Assembly (NCBI GenBank): GCA_964539505.1
Contig: CAZIJS010000003.1
Span: 305 to 64,304 of the forward strand
Length of the DNA stretch: 64,000 nucleotides
Source of the DNA: an uncultured Myxococcales bacterium
GTDB lineage: Bacteria > Myxococcota_A > Polyangia > HGW-17 > SLPX01
Direction of reading: 5' to 3'
The stretch's first letter is position 1. Each line of letters begins with the position of its first letter. The translations under genes and the position numbers were made by a program. Positions 1 through 8,347 of this stretch are shown piece by piece. The notes beneath the pieces were generated by a model, which did not search any database, was not told where the DNA came from, and was given only the letters and a program-made list of their open reading frames with translations.

Positions 1-422
1 GAGGAGTAGTAGGTCTCCAGGGCTTCTTCTATGGCCACTTCCGATGCCACCACCACCTCGATGTTTAGTCCTGTGAGGAACTTGAGCTCATCGATGGCGA
101 AGATGTTGGAAGGGTCGCTCATGGCCACGATGAGTGAAGCGCCGCGCCTGTCTACTGGGACGGCAAGGTGTTTTCGAGCCACGTCTTCTGGGACGAGCTT
201 GATGATGTCGGGATCGATGGAGAATTCGGCCAGGTTGATGGAGGGCACTCCATACTGTTTCGACAGGAAATCGACCAGGTCGTTTTCCGCGATGAACCCC
301 AGTTTCGTCAGGCTGTATCCGAGCCGTTTGCCCGTTTTCTTTTGTTCGTCCTGGGCCCGCCTGAGTTGATCGAGGCTGATCAGATTTTCACGAACGAGAA
401 GTTCACCGAGTCGATTGCTCAT
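1..422 (-). CDS. pilB: Type IV pilus / GspE-family assembly ATPase PilB, N-terminal part only. The gene runs off the left edge.
   Basis: Absent from the ORF track because it is open at the edge. My minus-strand translation from the ATG at 422-420 gives MSNRLGELLVRENLISLDQLRRAQDEQKKTGKRLGYSLTKLGFIAENDLVDFLSKQYGVPSINLAEFSIDPDIIKLVPEDVARKHLAVPVDRRGASLIVAMSDPSNIFAIDELKFLTGLNIEVVVASE. This is a T2SSE_N/MshEN-type N-domain as in PilB. Confidence 0.85.
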   Translation of the reverse strand, partial: MSNRLGELLVRENLISLDQLRRAQDEQKKTGKRLGYSLTKLGFIAENDLVDFLSKQYGVPSINLAEFSIDPDIIKLVPEDVARKHLAVPVDRRGASLIVAMSDPSNIFAIDELKFLTGLNIEVVVASEVAIEEALETYYS

Positions 423-492
423 CTAACGGTCTCCATCATCGACATCCCTGCCGTTGGGACTGCCGGGTTGCCGGACGACATGCCCAGGCGGG

Positions 493-1389
493 TCATTGCC
501 CGCATTGGAGGCAATCGGTGGGACACAGATCCGGGTTCTCTGTCGGGTCGCATACGCCGTTGCCACAGACACAATCAGTGGGACAACTCGCCGTGGTCTC
601 CCCCTGTTCACAGATGTAGTTGCCGCAGATGTTGTTTGCATTGCAGTCTGCAGAGCAAGAATCGATGGTCTCGTAGGCATCGCATTGGCCGTTGTTGTTG
701 CAGCCTGGGGGGTTCAGCTCGAAACTCAGGACGTATTCGTTCATGTCTGCCGGCCGGATGAGCGCGCCGTCTGGACCGAACTGGTCCTTGGTATTCTTCG
801 GCATGACCAGGATATAGTAGTATCCCGAGACCGTGGCGTTGATGGTCAACGTGTCGTTGTCATTGGTGGACTTGGCCTCCCCGATCTTTTCCAGGGTGCC
901 CTGGGCGTTGGGCCGCCAGACCTCCAGGTCCAGATCCCTGCCCACGTTGTAGCTGTAGTTCACCGTCACCTCGAGCACCTCGTTTTGGAGGAGCCAGAAC
1001 TTGTAAAAATCATTGTCTCCTGCAGGACAGATGGCCGCAGTTGGGGTTCCATTTTTATAATAGGCCCTGCGATAGCCCGGTTTGCTGGGCACGGTAGGAC
1101 AAGAGCAGGGGGCATACTCCGGGCTGTCGGGATTTGCGCCGCAAGAAAGAGTGATCGCCAGTTCCGGATAGTTGTTGGGCTCCGAGTCCTGGTCCGATGC
1201 ACCATCGAACACGAAGCCAGGCTGCATGCATTCGGGTTTCGAATCCATGCAAACACCTCCGTAACAGGAGTATCCGTCCGGGCATGTTCCTCCGGCTCCG
1301 CAGAGGAACGGAGAGGGTGCGAGTTCAGGGTTGTAGCAGCCCGCTGTCGCCAGCGCGCCGCCTACGAGAATGGTGACGAGTCTTTTCAT
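493..1389 (-). CDS. Secreted cysteine-rich lipoprotein with a PPC (pre-peptidase C-terminal)-like domain
   Basis: 298-aa ORF. It has a signal peptide with lipobox (LATAGC). PPC-like signature: DNDFYKFWLL...DLDLEVW...SGYYYILV. The C-terminus carries repeated C..g.C..gE...CPTDC modules. Confidence 0.7.
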   Translation of the reverse strand: MKRLVTILVGGALATAGCYNPELAPSPFLCGAGGTCPDGYSCYGGVCMDSKPECMQPGFVFDGASDQDSEPNNYPELAITLSCGANPDSPEYAPCSCPTVPSKPGYRRAYYKNGTPTAAICPAGDNDFYKFWLLQNEVLEVTVNYSYNVGRDLDLEVWRPNAQGTLEKIGEAKSTNDNDTLTINATVSGYYYILVMPKNTKDQFGPDGALIRPADMNEYVLSFELNPPGCNNNGQCDAYETIDSCSADCNANNICGNYICEQGETTASCPTDCVCGNGVCDPTENPDLCPTDCLQCGQ

Positions 1390-1410
1390 GGTCGCTTCCT
1401 CGAGAGTGAC

Positions 1411-2685
1411 TCAAAAAGTCAGTTCATAGCTCAGCCCGACGGTCTTCTTCCCAAGGACGGGAGTCAGAGCCTGCCTGGGCGCCTCGGCCTTCTCGGCGCT
1501 CTTGCCCACCACGCCGAGGTACTTTAGCCAGAGATACGTGGCACCACCAGCCGCGGCTGCCGCAACGACGTACGAGACGAGAGCACCGACCTGGTAGCTC
1601 TTGCCTCGGTCCTGGTGCTTCTTGAGCGTCGATGTAAAGGCGCTGCTCGGAGGATAGGCCCAACCGCCCCCTTCGCGCGGAGCGCCGGCATCGGCGATGT
1701 ATTGAGCCTCGTTTCTGGCGGAGATGTTGAGCGCGATACCGCTGGCAACCAGGGCCACTGTGAGTGCAGAGAGCCCTGCTGCGCCGTAAAGGGTCCAAGA
1801 GGCGGCGTGCTTGCCTTCTGTGCCCTTGCCGCCCCCTTCCGAAGGGATAGCGGGCCCTGCCGTGCCCTTTCCACCAGGCGTCTGGTCGGAGTCGTCCATG
1901 CGTCCGCCCGGTTGCATGGGAGCATCTCGGCTGAGCAAAATGATGTTGGGGCTCGTGGCGGTGCCAGATCCTGCGATTCGTTTGCCGTTGCGGCCCACGG
2001 CTTCGATATAATATTGCAGTGACTTGCCACGCAGAAAGCCGTGATGGATGAGATAGCTGTAAATGCCCCTGCGTCCGGGTTTCATGAGCTTTTTGACGAA
2101 TTGTTCCATGCCGGGCGGCCGAAAGTACACAAACATGCGCGCCCATTGGATGGTGTCGGGCAGTTCGGCCTCCACCAGGAGGGGCAAATTGGGCCGGGCC
2201 TCTTCGATGACCTCGTGGATGATCTCTCCGGGCTTGACCCGTTTGCGAGGTCTGGGCCTGGGGCGCGGAGCGGTGACCGCTGGCCGCGGTGTCGGCCTTG
2301 CCGGTGTGGTGGCGCTGGGCGTCGTGGCCATCCCTCCTGGGAGTCGGACCTTGCCCCCCAGCTCCTTGATGAGTCCTTCCACCTCCTTGCGTCTTGGATC
2401 CGTGAGCCTGGCCTCGTCCAGGAAGCGCTGGAAATAGATGAGAGCTTCTTCGGTGAGCCCGGCTTCCTTGTATGTGCGGCCGACGTAATACAGGACCAGG
2501 GGCACGGGGCGGATGCTGTAGGCCAGTTTGAGCTCTCGGACGGCCTTGAGATACTGGCCGGCCTGGTAGAACGCATAGCCCTTGTTGAAATGCTCCTTGG
2601 CCAGCTCGCGTGGGCTCTTGGGTCCGGCTTGAACGGCCTGTGTCGTCAGCAGGACCACAGCCAGGATCGTGGTGGTGTGCCTCAT
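1411..2685 (-). CDS. TPR-repeat envelope protein
   Basis: 424-aa ORF with a signal peptide (MRHTTTILAVVLLTTQAVQA). TPR-like helices: FNKGYAFYQAGQYLKAVRELKLAY, YYVGRTYKEAGLTEEALIYFQRFL. It also has a Pro/Arg-rich linker, C-terminal hydrophobic segments and an OMP-like terminal strand ...GLSYELTF. Confidence 0.65.
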   Translation of the reverse strand: MRHTTTILAVVLLTTQAVQAGPKSPRELAKEHFNKGYAFYQAGQYLKAVRELKLAYSIRPVPLVLYYVGRTYKEAGLTEEALIYFQRFLDEARLTDPRRKEVEGLIKELGGKVRLPGGMATTPSATTPARPTPRPAVTAPRPRPRPRKRVKPGEIIHEVIEEARPNLPLLVEAELPDTIQWARMFVYFRPPGMEQFVKKLMKPGRRGIYSYLIHHGFLRGKSLQYYIEAVGRNGKRIAGSGTATSPNIILLSRDAPMQPGGRMDDSDQTPGGKGTAGPAIPSEGGGKGTEGKHAASWTLYGAAGLSALTVALVASGIALNISARNEAQYIADAGAPREGGGWAYPPSSAFTSTLKKHQDRGKSYQVGALVSYVVAAAAAGGATYLWLKYLGVVGKSAEKAEAPRQALTPVLGKKTVGLSYELTF

Positions 2686-2740
2686 GATGTCGCCTCTCTC
2701 CTAGAGTCTTCGTTGGAGCCTGCTCGTCGTTGCAGGATCA

Positions 2741-3709
2741 CTAGCCAAAGGGGTTTGCCCAATTGCCCTTCTTCCCGCCGCGGGGACGTCGTTGGCGCGG
2801 CCGGCGCGGCCGGCGTGGTTTGTGCGATCTGGTCCGCGGCCTTCGATGGGTCGCCCTGGGCCTGGTGGCCCGGCTGTGTCTCGTTGCTGGTCTGGTGGCA
2901 GGCTGCGTTGCAGGCCTGGTAGCCGGTTGCGTTGCGGGCTGTGTTGCAGGCTGCGTCGCGGGCTGCGTCGCGGGCTGCGTCGCGGGCTGTGTTGCAGGCT
3001 GCGTCGCGGGCTGTGTTGCAGGCTGCGTTGCGGGCTGCGTCGCGGGCTGTGTTGCAGGCTGCGTTGCAGGCCTGGTGGCAGGCTGCGTTGCGGGCTGCGT
3101 CGCGGGCTGCACCTTGAACCCAGGCCTTGTGGTGTTACCCGGTTGCGCTGGCTTCGTGACGGTTGGTCTGGTCGCCGCAGGTGTCGGGGCTTGGACGACT
3201 TTGGTTTCCTTGGATTTTCCGATCTGTTTTCCCAGATAAATGAGCGCGATCGCCAGGACGAGGGCTGCGCCCAGGATGGAGAGCCACTTGAGAGTCTGGT
3301 TGGCCTGGGCTGGCTGTGGAGCAGATACCGGGACCGCAGCCTTTTTCTTGGATGCGTCTTTCTTGGCAGCAGCCGCGGCTTTTTTGGCCTTGGCCTCTTC
3401 CTTGGCTTTTCGTTCCGCTTCTTGTTTGGCTTTTCGTTCCGCCTCTTCGCGTGCTTTCCGTTCTGCAGCCAGCTTGGCTTCGAGTTCCTTTTTCGCACGG
3501 GCTTCGGCCTCGAGTTTGGCCTTCAGCTCTGCTTCCTGACGGGCACGCTCATTTGCCTCGGCCACCTCTTGTTCTTTCTTGGCCTCTTCCACTTCCTCGT
3601 CGAACCAGGAATGAGCATCCTTGACGAATGCATCGACGATTTCCTCGCCACGGTCTTCGAGGAAATCTTCGGGGGCCTTGGATGTGTTCGATTGCGACTC
3701 TTTCACCAC
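2741..3709 (-). CDS. Bitopic membrane protein: acidic/Lys-Glu-Ala coiled-coil N-domain, one TM helix, a (P-A-T-Q/R)n repeat and a polybasic C-terminal tail
   Basis: 322-aa ORF. It contains a TolA-domain-II-like composition (EAELKAKLEAEARAKKELEAKLAAERKAREEAERKAKQEAERKAKEEAKAKK). The TM helix is WLSILGAALVLAIALIYLG. This is followed by the PATQ array and the tail RRPRTRSHKPRRPRRPRQRRPRGGKK. Confidence 0.7.
   Translation of the reverse strand: MVKESQSNTSKAPEDFLEDRGEEIVDAFVKDAHSWFDEEVEEAKKEQEVAEANERARQEAELKAKLEAEARAKKELEAKLAAERKAREEAERKAKQEAERKAKEEAKAKKAAAAAKKDASKKKAAVPVSAPQPAQANQTLKWLSILGAALVLAIALIYLGKQIGKSKETKVVQAPTPAATRPTVTKPAQPGNTTRPGFKVQPATQPATQPATRPATQPATQPATQPATQPATQPATQPATQPATQPATQPATQPATQPATQPATRPATQPATRPATRHSRATRPRATHRRPRTRSHKPRRPRRPRQRRPRGGKKGNWANPFG
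2880..3112 (-). repeat. In-frame 12-bp tandem repeat (roughly 19 units) encoding P-A-T-Q/R
   Basis: Directly visible as ggctgcgt(c/t)gc(g/a)gg-type units on the plus strand. It translates as PATQPATQPATR... in the 2741..3709 ORF. The boundaries are approximate. Confidence 0.9.
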
Positions 3710-3878
3710 GCCTCTCCTTCGCGAAGTGACCCTGCGGTCCTTACAGTCTCGACCACGGCTGTTTGCGGTTTTGCTTGACTGCTCGTAGCAAAGCCCATTT
3801 TATAGTGCAACCCGATTACGGGAGACAAGCAGTTTTTGTCTATTACCGAGAGTCTTTGGGTACGCAGGAGCAAGAGTC

Positions 3879-5144
3879 ATGCCGCAAGGATCGCGAGGTC
3901 GGCAGGCGGGACGCGGGCGCAGGCCGCCGCCCCGGAGAAGCACTGTGTCTGTGCGTCGTTCCACTGTTCGCATCGACCGGGAGACGGCCTTGTGGATTCG
4001 GGAGGGACATCCCTGGATCTTTCGCGATTCATTGCGGAGTTCCCCCAAGGCGCTGGAGGGCAAGACCGGATTGGTCGAGGTGGTGGATCGGACCGGGGCC
4101 TTCGTGGGTCGGGGCTATTTCGTCAAGGAGGGAGCCATTGCCGTCAGGGTGCTGTCGGTCCAGGAACGCCCTTCGTCGGTCACCGGGATCGTGGATCAGG
4201 CCGTGGAAAAGGCCCTGGCCAGAAGGAGACTCCTCCCGGCGGATCTCACGGCCTACAGGATGCTCAACGGGGACGGAGAGGGGCTGTCGGGGCTCGTGGT
4301 GGATCGATACGGCTGCCATGCGGTGATGTACCAGTATTCCGAAGAGGCCGAGTTTCTCGTCCAGCCGGTCTGTGCGGCCCTGGGTCGGCAGACCGGGCTG
4401 TCTGGGATCTACCTCCAGCGCAGATACCGGGGCGCCACTCCCGACGAGGTGCGTGAAGCGGCTCAGCTCGTCTGGGGGATCAAGGCCGACGTCGAGCAGA
4501 TCGTCTCAGAGGACGGACTCCAATACTGGGTGGATGTCCGGGCGCCTTTGAGCATCGGCCTGTTTTCGGATCTGCGCGAGGTCCGGGCCCTGGTCAGGCG
4601 CCTGGCAAGTGGAGCCAGGGTGCTCAACCTGTTTTCCCACACGGGAGCCTTCTCCGTGGCTGCTGCAGCAGGAGGTGCCACGAGGGTGGTGTCGGTGGAC
4701 CTGTCGCGGCGTTATCAGGCCGTGGCGCAGAAAAACTTCCGGCTCAACCATCTCGATTTGCGACCCCATGCCTTCGTTTCCGGTGACGTCTCGGGCTATC
4801 TGGCCCAGGCCGCCTCCCGGCGGTCAGAGCGTTTCGACCTCGTGGTGGTGGATCCCCCAACGTTTTCTGCTGGCCGCAAGAAGGCGTTTTCCGTGGGGCG
4901 GGACTATCCCGAACTCATCCGGGCGGTCCTATCGGTGCTGGCCCCTGGTGGATTGATTCTGGCGGCGAGCAATACGAGAAAGTTGTCCGAACCGGAGTTT
5001 CACCGGCTCCTGGCGGAAGGAGGAGCCATGGCAGGCCGTCCGCTCGTGGTTCTGGGCAGGTTTGGATTGCCTTTGGATTTCCCCGTTCCCACGGCACTCT
5101 TCGACGGTCACTACCTCAAGGCCGTGCTCTGCCAGGCCCAGTGA
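3879..5144 (+). CDS. Class I SAM-dependent rRNA (cytosine-C5) methyltransferase, RlmI/YccW-like
   Basis: Motifs: GHPWIFRDS near the N-terminus; LSGLVVDRYG; the SAM-binding stretch VLNLFSHTGAFSVAAAAGGA; and FDLVVVDPPTFS. The start is uncertain: an in-frame GTG at 3945 behind GGAGAAG would remove the Arg-rich leader. Confidence 0.8.
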   Translation: MPQGSRGRQAGRGRRPPPRRSTVSVRRSTVRIDRETALWIREGHPWIFRDSLRSSPKALEGKTGLVEVVDRTGAFVGRGYFVKEGAIAVRVLSVQERPSSVTGIVDQAVEKALARRRLLPADLTAYRMLNGDGEGLSGLVVDRYGCHAVMYQYSEEAEFLVQPVCAALGRQTGLSGIYLQRRYRGATPDEVREAAQLVWGIKADVEQIVSEDGLQYWVDVRAPLSIGLFSDLREVRALVRRLASGARVLNLFSHTGAFSVAAAAGGATRVVSVDLSRRYQAVAQKNFRLNHLDLRPHAFVSGDVSGYLAQAASRRSERFDLVVVDPPTFSAGRKKAFSVGRDYPELIRAVLSVLAPGGLILAASNTRKLSEPEFHRLLAEGGAMAGRPLVVLGRFGLPLDFPVPTALFDGHYLKAVLCQAQ

Positions 5145-5246
5145 TCTCCCCCCCTGACGCGCCCGTGGCGCCCAGAGGGTCATGGTTTCGATTGCGGGCA
5201 GGGTCATGGGATGCATGCGGCTTTTGTTGGTTTGTGGAGAGGGCGG

Positions 5247-6344
5247 TCACCAGTCCGGGCCCGTGGCCCTTCTTCTGACAACGGCGTCGGCCAGGACGAA
5301 GGCTGCCATGGCCTCGGCCACCGGAAGGATCCTGGGGCAGAGACAGGGATCGTGGCGCCCTTCGACCTGGATGGTCGCCTCGTTGCCCTGGTCGTCCGTG
5401 GTGCGCTGGGGTTTTGCGATGGAGGCAGTGGGCTTGACGGCCAGCCGGATTCGAATCGGGCCTCCAGTAGAGATCCCTCCGAGCAAGCCTCCGCAGTGAT
5501 TGCTCTCCAGGCCCCCTGGGCCGATGGGATCGTTGGCCTGTGAACCGCGCAGATCCGTGATGCCGAACCCGTCGCCGATCTCTACGCCCTTGACGCCGCC
5601 GATGGAGAGCATGGCCCAGCCCAGCAACCCGTCCAGCTTGCCGAAGACCGGGTCACCCAGTCCTGCGGGGATGCGCACCGCCTCGACCACGACGACTCCA
5701 CCCACCGAGTCCCCCTCTGCCGATGCATCGCGGATGGCCTGTGCCATTTCCTCTGCGGCCCCGGGATCAGGGCATCTGGTGGGGTGCTTTTCCGTCAGAG
5801 CCTTTGCAGCCAGGGGATCTGTTCGTGCGAGTCGGTCCCAGTGCGTGAGGTCCGCCTGGACACCTGCAATGCGCTCGACGGCCCCCAGGATTTCTACGCC
5901 CAGATCCGCTAGGATCTGGCGGGCCACAGCCCCGGCGGCCACCCGGGCCAGGGTCTCGCGTCCCGAGATGCGGCCCGACCCCCTGGGGTCTCGGATACCG
6001 TAGCGTGCCAGCATGGTGAGATCGGCGTGGCCGGGCCGAAACAGGTGGGCGATGTCGTCATAGGCCGAAGGGTTGTGATCTTTATTGGCCACGAAGAGGG
6101 TCAGAGGCGCTCCAGTGGTCATTCCGTCGTAGAGCCCCGAGAGAACCTCGATCCGGTCGCGTTCATTTCTGGGCGTGGTCAGATCCGACTGGCCGGGCCT
6201 TCGTCGGTCCAATTCCTTTTGGATGGCATCGAGATCCAGCGCCAATCCCGGCGGCACCCCGTCGAGGACCAGGCCGATGCCCGGGCCGTGCGATTCGCCG
6301 AACGTGGTCATTTTCAACAAGAGCCCGAAAGAGTTCGGTCCCAT
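5247..6344 (-). CDS. aroC: Chorismate synthase
   Basis: 365 aa. Motifs: TTFGESHGPGIGLVLDGVPPG, RRRPGQS, FRPGHAD, RGSGRISGRET. An AAGGAA RBS precedes the ATG. Confidence 0.95.
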   Translation of the reverse strand: MGPNSFGLLLKMTTFGESHGPGIGLVLDGVPPGLALDLDAIQKELDRRRPGQSDLTTPRNERDRIEVLSGLYDGMTTGAPLTLFVANKDHNPSAYDDIAHLFRPGHADLTMLARYGIRDPRGSGRISGRETLARVAAGAVARQILADLGVEILGAVERIAGVQADLTHWDRLARTDPLAAKALTEKHPTRCPDPGAAEEMAQAIRDASAEGDSVGGVVVVEAVRIPAGLGDPVFGKLDGLLGWAMLSIGGVKGVEIGDGFGITDLRGSQANDPIGPGGLESNHCGGLLGGISTGGPIRIRLAVKPTASIAKPQRTTDDQGNEATIQVEGRHDPCLCPRILPVAEAMAAFVLADAVVRRRATGPDW

Positions 6345-6356
6345 GGATGGTTCCTT

Positions 6357-6947
6357 TCAGTTTCGTCGACCAGGGTCCGAGACACTTCGTTCCCGGTCTC
6401 GCGGGTTTGTTTTTCGCTCCCGGCGCCACCTGTCCCAGAGCCCTTCCAGGTCTGCGACCAGGTCTTCGAGGTGCTCTGCGGCTTGGATTCTTCTGTCCGC
6501 GACTTCCTCGTAGAGAGTCCTGCGCATCGCCGCGATGTCGGCCAGTTCCTCGGCCGGTGGCCGTCCCGTCAGAGAGGGGCGATCACTGCCCGCAATCCGC
6601 GCTGCCGCCACATCTGTCGGAAGATCCAGCCAGACCACCAGGCCTGCACGACGCAGAGCGATGCGGTTGCTCTCGTCCAGGATGATCCCGCCACCGGTGG
6701 CCACCACCGCAGGTTGATCGAGGTCCTCGATTTGGGCCAGGGCCTGCCGTTCAGCCGCTCGAAACCGCGATTCTCCGAAGCGCTCGAAAATTGCCGACAC
6801 AGACATTCCCTGCGCCGCCGCCACCAGGTCGTCTGTGTCCAGGAACAGACAGCCCATGCGACGGGCCAGGAGCCTGCCCAGGGTGGTCTTGCCGCTGCCC
6901 CGGATCCCCACCAAGACCAGATGGTCTCCTCTGTGGTTTTCGGCCAT
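6357..6947 (-). CDS. aroK: Shikimate kinase
   Basis: Walker A motif VGIRGSGKTTLGRLLA, followed by FLDTDDL and ATGGGII. The track ORF begins at 6977. I prefer the internal ATG at 6947 (MAENHRG...), which sits behind GGGAGA and removes the overlap with aroA. Confidence 0.9.
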   Translation of the reverse strand: MAENHRGDHLVLVGIRGSGKTTLGRLLARRMGCLFLDTDDLVAAAQGMSVSAIFERFGESRFRAAERQALAQIEDLDQPAVVATGGGIILDESNRIALRRAGLVVWLDLPTDVAAARIAGSDRPSLTGRPPAEELADIAAMRRTLYEEVADRRIQAAEHLEDLVADLEGLWDRWRRERKTNPRDRERSVSDPGRRN

Positions 6948-6951
6948 TCGT

Positions 6952-8241
6952 TCATTTCTCCCGGCTGCGGAAGCCATCGAGCATTCGCCAAAAATTCGGG
7001 TAGGACTTGGACACGCAGCCGGGATCGCTCACCTCGACGCCTGGAACCACCAGTCCCACGAGACCGAAGCACATGGCCATGCGATGGTCCGAGGCCGGGT
7101 CCAGGCGCGCCGGGCCGACCAGGGACGCCGGGCGGATCTCCCAGCCATCGGATCGGACCGCGATGTCGGCCCCGAGCTTTTGGAGTTCAGTAGCGAGGAC
7201 CTCCAGGCGGTTCGACTCTTTGATTGCCAGGTGTCTCAGCCCGGACAGGACCGTGGGGGCCTTGCGAAACAGGGCGCAGACCGCCAGGGTGGGGGCGATG
7301 TCCGGGCTCTCTTCCAAGTCGAACTCCAATGGACCGGGGCTGTCGAGCCGCGCCAAATGGTCTGCGAAAACCCGGTCGGGCTGCAGAGAGTTTTGGTCGA
7401 GGTTTGGGATCTCCACCTGCCGGTTCGTCAGCCATCCGGCAGCCAGGGGATAGGAAGCCGAAGAATGGTCCGCCTCCACTGTAAAGTCACGGGCCACGTA
7501 GGGCTTGTCAGCGACGACATAGGTCGCATGGTCGCGACGATCCACATGGGCCCCGAAAGCCTCCATGACTTGAATGGTGAGATCCACGTAGGGACTCGAC
7601 GGCAGGGGGCCGGTCAGGTGGATTTCGACACCTCCCATTGCCGGACCCACCAGGAGCAAGGCGCTGAGCTGTTGGCTGGACCCTGCTGGATCCAACTCGA
7701 CGTGACGCAGCGCCCTGTCTTGCGGTGGTTCGATCCGGACTGGTGGACGGCCAGGCCTTCGCAGCGTCGTCACCTGGGCGCCCATCTGGGAGAGGGCATC
7801 GAGCAGGCCGGGCATGGGCCTGTGTCTCATGGCCTCCACTCCGTCGATGGTGACCGGGCCGTCGGCCAGCAGGGCCAGCGCCGTGGAGAAGCGCACCGCC
7901 GTGCCGGCGTTTCCGAGAAAGAGCGGATCACTGGGAGCGTGAAGTTGATTGGTTCCGGTGACCAGCAGGGCCTCGTCCGACCAATCGATGTCTACACCCA
8001 TTTGCTGCAGCCCGTCGGTGAGATGGGCCGAGTCGTCGCAGCGCAACGCGCCGTGGATTCGGGACCGGCCTGGTGCCAGGGCAGCAGCCACCAGGGCGCG
8101 TTGCGTCACGCTCTTCGAGCCGGGGACCTGGACTCGGACGATGTTGCTCGGCGAAACGTGATCGCTGTTGGCTCCGGACATGCTTCTTCCTTCGGATGTA
8201 GGGCCTGGATTGTGCTGGTCTCCAGGAGAAATTGTTGTCAT
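6952..8241 (-). CDS. aroA: 3-phosphoshikimate 1-carboxyvinyltransferase (EPSP synthase)
   Basis: Motifs: VPGSKSVTQRAL, LFLGNAGTAVRF, AMRHRPM. The start may instead be the ATG at 8181 (MSGANSD...), which has a GAAGGAAG RBS. Confidence 0.93.
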   Translation of the reverse strand: MTTISPGDQHNPGPTSEGRSMSGANSDHVSPSNIVRVQVPGSKSVTQRALVAAALAPGRSRIHGALRCDDSAHLTDGLQQMGVDIDWSDEALLVTGTNQLHAPSDPLFLGNAGTAVRFSTALALLADGPVTIDGVEAMRHRPMPGLLDALSQMGAQVTTLRRPGRPPVRIEPPQDRALRHVELDPAGSSQQLSALLLVGPAMGGVEIHLTGPLPSSPYVDLTIQVMEAFGAHVDRRDHATYVVADKPYVARDFTVEADHSSASYPLAAGWLTNRQVEIPNLDQNSLQPDRVFADHLARLDSPGPLEFDLEESPDIAPTLAVCALFRKAPTVLSGLRHLAIKESNRLEVLATELQKLGADIAVRSDGWEIRPASLVGPARLDPASDHRMAMCFGLVGLVVPGVEVSDPGCVSKSYPNFWRMLDGFRSREK

Positions 8242-8347
8242 GGAAGGATAGGCGGTGGGTGGCGAGGCGTCAACCGACCTGGTTTGGCGGTGTTCTTGGC
8301 AGCACCCAGGAGGCGATGAACGGTGCTCTCGATTTCGACGTGGAAGC

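Noticed and set aside
2880-3112. The regular short repeat array, considered as a CRISPR array or non-coding minisatellite.
   Set aside because: The period is only 12 bp and there are no unique spacers. The array is in frame inside a long ORF and translates to a clean PATQ repeat. No cas genes are present in the window.
5447-5457. The sequence ggattcgaatc, which resembles a tRNA T-loop.
   Set aside because: It lies inside the well-supported aroC coding sequence, and no cloverleaf-compatible flanks are present.
6952-6977. An apparent 26-nt overlap between the aroK and aroA ORFs in the track.
   Set aside because: It is resolved by using the internal ATG at 6947 for aroK. That start has a GGGAGA RBS within the end of aroA and leaves a 4-nt gap.
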